From Hormiphora californensis (taxonomy: Eukaryota > Animalia > Ctenophora): a DNA stretch of 64,000 bases. The stretch lies in NCBI GenBank assembly GCA_020137815.1, contig CM035355.1, forward strand, positions 372,001 through 436,000, in the 5' to 3' direction. Numbering within the stretch: position 1 is the first letter of the stretch; each line of letters begins with the position of its first letter. The position numbers and the translations under genes were made by a program. The notes beneath the pieces were generated by a model, which did not search any database, had not been told where the DNA came from, and saw only the letters and a program-made list of their open reading frames with translations. Shown here in pieces: positions 49,500 through 64,000 of this stretch.

Positions 49500-52400
49500 G
49501 TTTTGCAGGAAAAGTATTTATAAGGTTTAAGGGATGATTGTTAGTGTCCGGGGGAGGGGTGCACTTTTTTTGTCCGTCGTTGTCCAAAAACCCTCTTTGG
49601 GCCCTTTTCTCAAAACCTGTTACAACTGCTTCCCGGGCGTCGGCACCGTTTTCGTTCTGGGACCAACATCGAAAGATCGTTTGCAAAGCGCAAAAATCTG
49701 GTTTCCACTATCTTGCTTGGTAAAACCATGGAGATATAAAAGTGATTTTTGTGGTGGTGATCCAGGGGAACCGGTTACACTACGATAACCCTTTGTGATA
49801 AAAAACGGGCTCAATGGGAAGGGGGCCAGGTTTCGTGCGAAAAATGGACTAGAGGAAACCCCAAAAGGGGAACTCTTGAAGACGATACCGGGGTGAACCC
49901 AAAGTGAACAGTGACCATCCCCCGGGGTATTTCCCCTGAGAAGACCAGATAAAGGAAAAGCGAGAAAGTTTTGACTCCATTGCCAAAAGTTCCTTCTTTT
50001 TCTCAGAGGGGGCCCAAGAACTTGAACCAAAGGTATAAAAGATTGGACCCAGCCCTACTGAAAAAGAAGCTATCCTGGCACGATTTTGGAAAAGAAGGGA
50101 TTCAAAAAACTTACATGGGACCAGAATTTAAAGTGGTTTTTGTGAGCGAAAGAGACAGGTACGTATCCAGATGGTCCAGAGACCCGGAGGCTTTTGTCTA
50201 CTAAGGGGGGAAAAAAAAAGTAAATTTTGGGTCTTCGGCAACACTTTGTCAGAACAGGTTCTGGTCATTTTTTCACGCCCGGATTTTGGGCATATGCAGG
50301 ATCGTTTACTGCCCCCCCAAAAGGATACTCCAATAGCTCTTCGTGGGGGAGCTCAACGAAAGACTGAGCAAAAAAGAACACAAACTGGTGGTGAAAATGT
50401 TAACTGTAAAGTTGGAGGATAAAGAAGGAAAAAGTATTCGAGACCCATAGCTTCAAATGTGGTCCCCTTTCCTAAATAAATAAAACGAGCACGGTTATGA
50501 GAGGATGCAGGTGTAAGCAAAGAGGAAAAAAACCTTACTGGCGGGGACCAAGGAGGAGCTACACAGGAAAAAACTTGAAGATTGGGACATAATGTCCGCC
50601 TCTTTTAAAAAATGGAGGTTTTATTTGCCGGAAGAGGAGGATTTGTGATATTTGTTTTATAAGGAGACTTTTTGAATAAACGGACCTGGAAACTTCAAGA
50701 AATCGGTAATAGGGACATTTTCTCTCCCCCAGGGAGACGGGGAGGGGAATCAATATTTTTTCGAGAGGGCCCTATTCTTGGAGGCCCAGAAGACCAAGTT
50801 AATCTTTTCAATACAAGAGGTTTGACGTGACAGAAAAAACCGAAAGAATCGAAATTCATCGTCCTCCGTACACACCGGGTCGAACTTACGAACAACTTTC
50901 CTGTCGGGTTTGGGATCCCCTTTCCGGGGGTTGGGTTTAAAGCAAGGTACCCCGATCCGCTGGTGACCTAAACTTCCAGTGGATGATAAAAACTTTATGC
51001 AAGGAAACTTTGGATGCTGGTTCATTTGATTTCAAAAAGAGTCCCAATTTTTCCTACTCCCAGGGGGAGAACCCTTTGGATTTGGGTTTGATACTACAAG
51101 AAATTTTTAGGTGACATACCCAATTTCCTAATTTTTAAATCAATCCTTTAGTACATTTGGGATTAAAAGGGGGCCTGCCCTGCAAAACTCCGTCGGGAAA
51201 AATCGTGCATCAGAAAAACTGGATTCCCAAATCGTGGTTTGGAAGGTTTTAAAAAGAGGACTTGGGGAAGGCAGTTTTTAAAGGGAGGTGGGATCCAAAG
51301 GGCTGGTGAATTTCTATCGTTGGCTGGGAAAGGGATATGGAAAGCGGTACCGAGGAAAGGGTGAGGACTGGAAAAAAAATTTAAAAGCCTGGAGGGATGA
51401 GGAACCTAAAAGGGTTACTTCGAGGAGGAGGGAATGCAGAAAGGTGTTGGGGAAACTTGGAACTATGGATGCGAACGGAATTTAAAAGACCTGAAAGAAA
51501 CTGTTGGGGAAAATGGATGGGAAAAAAGGGGCACTTTTCATTAAAGAGGGGTTTTGGGTTTCGCCAAAGGGACCCAAAGAAATTTCAAATAAGCCCAGAA
51601 AATCCTTGGGAAAACTGAAAAAATTCCCAACAAAAACCAAGAAACTTGGGAGATGATTTTCCCAGTTCTTGTTCCAAAGGGAAAAAAATTTGAACCCCAA
51701 ATCAATAGGGGCGAAGCAGCTGCGACTTTTTAGGAAACCCGGAAAAGCCCGTCATTCAAAAATGGAAAAGGGAATTTAAAAGATTCGGAGAGGAAATTTT
51801 TAAGGTGGTGAACTTGTCAAGCAAACTTGGACCTTTATCCGTGCCCCCTTTGGGAGTAAGGAGTGCTTAGGGGTCTTGCTCCGGTATTAACCGATGGTAA
51901 AACCAAACTCTACCCTCTACTTGCGGAATCTCCCAAAAGCTTCTGTTTCCCCACCATCAAATTGTACGGGGATAGGGAAGCTCTCATAACATCGTCCGTT
52001 CAAAATTCCCCTTTTCCTTTTTAAGTCCCGAAAAATGGGGCTCACCCCAGCGGAAAAGTTACCCCTTGAAAGCAAATTTACTTTCTGGACAAGCATCAAT
52101 ACCCCGGTTTTCCCGGCTGGTCCAGTTGCGAAAAAGCTGTTAGCCGCAGTTTTTATGAGTATTAGGGAGATGGATAAAGGAAATTTTGTTTCTATCTGTT
52201 TGGACTGAGCGCTCTTTGAACGTGGATCAGGAAAGTTTTTGGAGGGTTTGCAGAAAAGGTTTGGAGTGGGATGGTATCCTCTTCAAAGGGTTTAAGGCTA
52301 CCTGATTTTTCCGATCTTAGAGTCTCGGTTTGGGGATTGTTCTGGAACCCGGCCTTACTCGTGGAGTGCCCCAGGGGGCTCTTCTTTGGGTTTTTTTGTT

Positions 52401-53450
52401 TCTACTTTTCTTTAAACGTGCAAATATTTTGGAAACCATAGGACCCAAAAATTTAACAGACGACCCCCCCGCCTAGGAGGGGCCACGATCACTGGGGTCA
52501 ACGGGTGGTTTGGGGTTGTCTGGGAAAAGGTGAAACGGTGTGTGGGGGGGTGGTTGGGGTGTAAGAGGAAAAAGGTTCCTTTCCCGCGGAAAGCGCATTT
52601 CTTGGAAATCTCTCTCCCCCTTTGGAGGGAACGGAAAATTTTCCCCCCGATGTTTGTGGACCAGATGGGAAAACCTTGGGGTCTCTGGGGCCAAAAACTT
52701 AACTTTTCCGAAGGGAAATGGAGGAAAAGTTGGGCTGTCCCACGGAAAAATTTGGGTTACCATGTTTTATATTAAAACAGGGGGGAACAATTATTATCGG
52801 GTTTTATTAAAGTAAATCGTCTTGCTTGGCCCGGTTTTTTGGTTTCTCCAAAAACATAAACTTTGGCGGAAATTTTTTCCTCCCCTGGGGGAACAAGGGA
52901 AAAGGGGAAAACTCGGCACAATTTCCCCCCCCCTAAAAGACCTTAAAGTGGGAACGCTTATAAGAATCTTGGAAGGCACCTTTTTTCCTAAAGGAAATGC
53001 CCTTTAAAAAACTGGGGTTTTAGGACAAAAAGGGGACTATGATTGCCTTAAAAGTAAAAACACCCCCAAAAACAGGTCAACGCCAAAATTTTAAATTGAA
53101 CGAGGGGAACTAAAACAATTTTTTGCCTGCTATTTAATCTCCCCCTGGTTAAAGGCGTCCCCAACGTTGATACCTTTAAACCCCGAAAAACAACTCCGTT
53201 GGTTCTTTGGGAAAAATGGGTGTGGGGAACCCGGTGGGTTTTTTTGTGATTTGGGGGTTCAACAGTGACCCCTTTCACATTTTTTAAAATCTGGTATCCT
53301 TTTTTCAAATGTGAATTTAGGCTTTTAAATATTTAAGGTTTTAATGGGACCTTAAACCCCCGTTTTAAACCATTTTTGTTTTCCTTATTTTCTTTTTTTA
53401 AAAACCGAAAGTTTGTTTTATTTTTTTCAGGTTCCCTCGGACTGTCCCCT
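49500..53450 (+). mobile_element. Heavily indel-corrupted non-LTR retrotransposon (CR1/L2-like ORF2 remnants)
   Basis: CGTGGAGTGCCCCAGGGG (GVPQG RT motif) at ~52360 and a GDF-like endonuclease remnant at ~50664. No intact frame; homopolymers are inflated. Confidence 0.5.
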
Positions 53451-54252
53451 CCCATATTTTGACATGTTTCCTGGTTCGGGTTAACGCGGTTTAAAATTAT
53501 TTTTTTAATTTTTGAATTTAATTCCCCCAAAAACCCCATTGTTTTCCATTTGGGTTTTTTAAAAACCCGGTTTCCGTGGGGGTCATAAATTAACTTGAAT
53601 AACCCTGTTTTAAATTCAAATTGGCCTCAGACGGGTTTTCCCCCAGTGGGAAAGGGGTAAAAAACAGCAAAAATTTTTTATTATTTAAAAAAATTTTCCT
53701 TTTTACGAAACACCCCTTTTTATATATCACCCCCTACCCTTTAAAATTTCGGGTTTCATAAAAAGTATGAAAACTTGTTAAAACCTATCTAAAAGTTGTT
53801 ACTTTTTTTTTTTTGAACCAGGGTGAATTGAAAAAAACGACCGGTAGCGATTCCACCACATGTTTAACAACAGAGGTGTGTCGCATAACTCCTTATATGG
53901 GCATAAAATTCCAATCTTGTGGAATTTATTCTGACTCGACTATAGCTTAGTTATCAATGAATCCATCTCTAATACCTTTGGAATGGCATTTTGCACATTT
54001 CTGAAGCTTTTTGTAGCCAAATTCCAGCATCTTCATAGTTTTCCAAAAACAAAAACAGTGTTAATGGCCAAAATATCGAAAAATTCCGGTATGTAATGGT
54101 AGCTCAGACAATTTCCTCGGCATGTTCAAAAAATTAGAACTTTCTGTTTTTTAGTTTGGACACAGGAATTTTTTTCCCGCCGTACAAGCGATATTATTAC
54201 CCCTCCGTGAGCTAGCGCAGAGGGGGAATTTCATTACCAAATATTTCCCCAG

Positions 54253-57152
54253 GTTTACTGCAGGGAATCCTAACAGGGATCAGAGGACTCAGCAATGGGT
54301 TTGGTCCAGCTACCTTTGGGCTCCTGTTCTACATCTTCCATGTCCAGTTGGATGAGGCAACAGAGGGAGAGGGAATAGACAATCCTTACACTGGGGTATG
54401 TAGTATGTCATGGGAGGGGGAGAGGGAATAGACAATCCTTACACTGGGGTATGTAGTATGTCATGGGAGAGGGAATAGACAATCCTTACACTGGGGTATG
54501 TAGTATGTCATGGGAGGGGGAGAGGGAATAGACAATCCTTACACTGGGGTATGTAGTATGTCATGGGAGGGGGAGAGGGAATAGACAATCCTTACACTGG
54601 GGTATGTAGTATGTCATGGGAGGGGGAGAGGGAATAGACAATCCTTACACTGGGGTATGTAGTATGTCATGGGAGGGGGAGAGGGAATAGACAATCCTTA
54701 CACTGGGGTATGTAGTATGTCATGGGAGGGGGAGAGGGAATAGACAATTCTTACACTGGGGTATGTAGTATGTCATGGGAGGGGGAGAGGGAATAGACAA
54801 TCCTTACACTGGGGTATGTAGTATGTCATGGGAGGGGGAGAGGGAATAGACAATCCTTACACTGGGGTATGTAGTATGTCATGGGAGGGGGAGAGGGAAT
54901 AGACAATCCTTACACTGGGGTATGTAGTATGTCATGGGAGGGGGAGAGGGAATAGACAATCCTTACACTGGGGTATGTAGTATGTCATGGGAGGGGGAGA
55001 GGGAATAGACAATCCTTACACTGGGGTATGTAGTATGTCATGGGAGGGGGAGAGGGAATAGACAATCCTTACACTGGGGTATGTAGTATGTCATGGGAGG
55101 GGGAGAGGGAATAGACAATCCTTACACTGGGGTATGTAGTATGTCATGGGAGGGGGAGAGGGAATAGACAATCCTTACACTGGGGTATGTAGTATGTCAT
55201 GGGAGGGGGAGAGGGAATAGACAATCCTTACACTGGGGTATGTAGTATGTCATGGGAGGGCACAGTGGTAATTTTGAGGGGGGTAGGGTGACATAGGGTA
55301 GATCAACACATGTTTGGATCACATGGGGTAGTTCCTAGGGTAAACCGATGCAAAAAATACGTTTCCACATAGTTTCAAAGCTCTAGGTTGAAAGGTTACG
55401 GAGATATCGGCGAATCATTATGGTGATAGGAAATTTTTTTTTCAAAGCATAAATTTAGGTAGTCACCCCGGACTATTTTTTGACGAGAAATCGATTGCTG
55501 ATAAAATTAAGACGATTTACCTAAAGGAAAGGGGTCAAAACGCGTTTTTTCGTCTTTTTTCGTCGTTATTTTGCAAAAAAGTGGTCAAGATGATGAGATA
55601 GAAAGCAGAAAACATTTTAAAATGAAATTTTGGACATTTTTTGGCTAGATTTGAAAATTTCATCTATTTTGATTAATTTTTGTTCTATTTATGAAGACTA
55701 AGAACTGCCAGATTTTAAGATTTCTTTCAAAATTCAGTTACTAAGATGTTTTGCATGTTATCCCACACTTGTTTTGGACGAGAAATCGATTGCTGATAAA
55801 ATTATGAGCCTGAATAAGAAGTGAAAAGGCGAAAAACGCTTTTTTGTTATTTTTTTCATATTTTGGTTAAATATGGATTTTTTCACAAAATAGCAAATAG
55901 CCGTATGATGCAATGGTTTTAGAGCTCCGATATTGATGGCAATCGATTTAACGTGCAAAAATAGGTCGGAAAACCTGTCAAGTCAGGCCTCAGCTACTCA
56001 TTTATAAAAAATCATTTTTTAAAAGTGAAAAACACGCTTCCTTCAACGCTATTTTACCCAATTTTCGGATCGTTTCGGAGAAGTGCCCCATACACCAAAA
56101 GATAGATATTTGTCAGGCCTTTCAAATAAAACTGGTCTCCCGTGACGACTCATGACGACTTTGTGTATGACATAGCCTTATGTTTCGTTTTTGGCTGAAA
56201 AATGACTTTCCGAAAGAAATTTTTCAAAAATTTCCAAAAATTTTGAAATTTCACCCAATTGCCCTTCCAAGACAACATACATTGAAGAATATGTATAATT
56301 TTCGTCTCGTCCTAAAACCCTGCAAGTAAAATGGCAGTCAAAAAAGACAGTCAAAAATGACAGTCAAAAATGACGAAAAACTCAAATAACGCATCGATTC
56401 TGAAGCAATCAATCGGTGGGTCGCATGGCATACAACTCTATGGACTAATATCTATCGGATAGAACCATTTTTAGAAAAAAAAAATTTTCCTATGTCCACC
56501 TAAAAACCACTGTGGAGGGGGAGAGGGAATAGACAATCCTTACACTGGGGTATGTAGTATGTCATGGGAGGGGGAGAGGGAATAGACAATCCTTACACTG
56601 GGGTATGTAGTATGTCATGGGAGGGGGAGAGGGAATAGACAATCCTTACACTGGGGTATGTAGTATGTCATGGGAGGGGGAGAGGGAATAGACAATCCTT
56701 ACACATGGGGTATGTTTTTAGTAGCATAGCTAATGGGTGTCCCCCTGAAGATGGGTGACGAAGGAGTGATCCTGGAGATTCGTTTACCCGACTGGGGTGG
56801 TACTGGTATAGATATAACCCGGGGTTTTAGCTCAATAAAATAAAAGAGTAGAAGAGAAATAGAAGCTACATTTTGATTTCATATCAAGTCTATCTAACTA
56901 AATGCTAACCTCCTCTCTCTCTCTCTCCTACAGATATCACTGCCTGGTGGCCCCTTCATTTTTGGAGCCCTCCTCGCTTTCCTGGCTCTGTTAATCACCC
57001 TCTCATTACCCGACAAGGCAGCTATAAAGCCCAAGATTGATCACCGCAAGAAAACGGACTCTGAGCCAAGTGAAGATGAAGGAGGTGGTGTGGGGTCAGG
57101 GTTTCACCACCATCATGATCATAGCCCACTACTTCCCGAATCTGTTCCTTGA
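54253..57152 (+). CDS. MFSD14: Last two exons of MFSD14/HIAT1 (54253-54395, 56934-57152)
   Basis: GLLQGILTGIRGLSNGFGPATFGLLFYIFHV...|ISLPGGPFIFGALLAFLALLITLSLP...SPLLPESVP*; phases compatible. Confidence 0.9.
54366..56714 (+). repeat. 53-bp minisatellite (~17 + ~4 copies, split by a transposon) containing the MFSD14 exon end and donor site
   Basis: Unit GGGAATAGACAATCCTTACACTGGG|GTATGTAGTATGTCATGGGAGGGGGAGA. Confidence 0.95.
55261..56514. mobile_element. Non-autonomous Transib/RAG-like DNA transposon with asymmetric RSS-like ends
   Basis: GAGGG|CACAGTG...CACTGTG|GAGGG. The 5-bp TSD is verified against the host repeat unit. Heptamer-23-ACATAGGGT on the left, heptamer-12-ACATAGGAA on the right. 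Confidence 0.88.
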
Positions 57153-58194
57153 AGGAAGAGAGAGAAAGAGAGAGGCTTATATGTTTTGTATTTAGAGTAA
57201 ACGTGGGAATTTTTGTCAGTTTGTGGAGTGGGTTTTCTTCTTTTTCCGATTAGTTGAGAGTGAGATAAAGAGATATAGAGATAGAGACAGTGAGGAAAGT
57301 CGTTATGTAGCATATTAATTGTAGAATTTTTTGTTTATTTCTTTCGGCCAGCTTACAGATATCTTATTGTTTCGGTTACACACATTGCCCCAAATAAGGA
57401 TTAAATATATTAAAGTCTTAGTTGATTAACCAACATAGACTGCAGTAGAGTTTAACTTTAGTATTCTAAATACATTGCATGAAGTTTTTTCCTATACAGT
57501 AAATCTAATTACAGCGTTCCCACAACCACCTACATCTGTCCGACTCTAGCACTCACTATAATATCAACAAGAATTACTTTGAGTTATTACTTTGAGTTCG
57601 AACCTTTCAACTGATATAGTGATTTGTGTATTATACACCTCCTTCACAAAAGAGTCTCAGTCATGTCAAGCTGAGAGGCATGGGTTTCTATTTTCGATTT
57701 GTTGATATCATTCTCGAGTCAGTACTCACGACACCATGAAAACACGATCTTTCTTGAACTTGAAGTTGATGACTATTGGAAAGTTGTTGTGATCAATGAT
57801 CAGATCATGATTCAGATTGTCCCATTCCTTTCAGTTTTAACATCTTCAGTAAAATGTGTTGTATTATTTGTGTCGAACATGGAATGGTTGGGGTGGAACA
57901 AAATACAGCAGTTCAATCATTACTATATTTTATGCAGTATTTGAGTTATTTCATAATTCATAATGAGGTACATTTGTCACGCGCAAATAAACTTTAATGT
58001 GGCCGCAACATTGTGGCGCGCCTCAGAAATTGTCTCTTCTGAGAACGCGCGCGCTGTTCATCCATCCAAAAGCACTCCGCAAGCAATCGTCCCCAGTTTT
58101 GTGTGTGCTCGACATTTCCACCAGCGACTCGTTTCTTCTTTCAACTCTTCGAGGTTCTCCGCCTCCGTTATTTTGCGGTTGTTTTTTAGTAAAT

Positions 58195-63502
<5,308 letters not shown>

Positions 63503-63565
63503 GTGAGTGGTAGAGGGAGTGGAAGAGACAAAGACGCCAATCAATTTGTTACAAAATAGCATCTG

Positions 63566-63635
<70 letters not shown>

Positions 63636-63826
63636 TCACTCCCTACATATTCTTGCTCTAGATCTCTTTATATTATTATATGACATAGTTCTATGAGGGT
63701 TCCCTATTTGATCACATGAAATCACGGCCACTATGAAGAGTTAATGTCACGTGATCCCATATTGTGTCTTCTGTCAAGTCTCATTTCCATTTCATACCTT
63801 CCTCATCTAGGTGCATATTTCTCTCA

Positions 63827-63896
<70 letters not shown>

Positions 63897-64000
63897 AAGA
63901 AATGATATTATATGAGAAGCCTGTAATCATTATATCATGTCATCACATGTATTGTGAATCACTTTTCCCGTCTAAATATATTTTCCAGACCTGTATCAGT

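Overview
Intron-rich, transposon-dense animal genomic DNA. It is probably a ctenophore: the 14457-14568 mini-element resembles, from memory, a repeat common in Pleurobrachia gene models (unverified). There is one N-gap at 46851-46950 and several patches that look like unpolished long-read sequence. Genes on the + strand: a tight cluster of a TMEM70/186-like ORF, PLD6/zucchini and a third truncated start; an 8-exon Rab26/37-like GTPase; and a PH-domain gene. Genes on the - strand: a ~19 kb adhesion GPCR (Ig, laminin-EGF, GCC2/3, HormR, GAIN/GPS, 7TM) that interleaves with the Rab gene, a candidate 76-aa membrane microprotein overlapping a Rab exon, and an arrestin-domain protein. An MFSD14/HIAT1 transporter is split across the gap with its halves in opposite orientation. 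Mobile DNA includes many MITEs and foldbacks, tandem non-autonomous Helitrons, an ORF1-only LINE and a degraded LINE ORF2. The most striking element is a 1254-bp Transib/RAG-like non-autonomous transposon with CACAGTG termini, an unambiguous 5-bp target duplication, and 23-bp versus 12-bp spacers before a shared ACATAGG motif, i.e. V(D)J RSS-like 12/23 geometry. Other leads are tandem repeats that repeatedly amplify splice sites, a probable trans-spliced operon, and a TIR element carrying two tRNA-derived modules. All calls are from manual reading; no searches were run.
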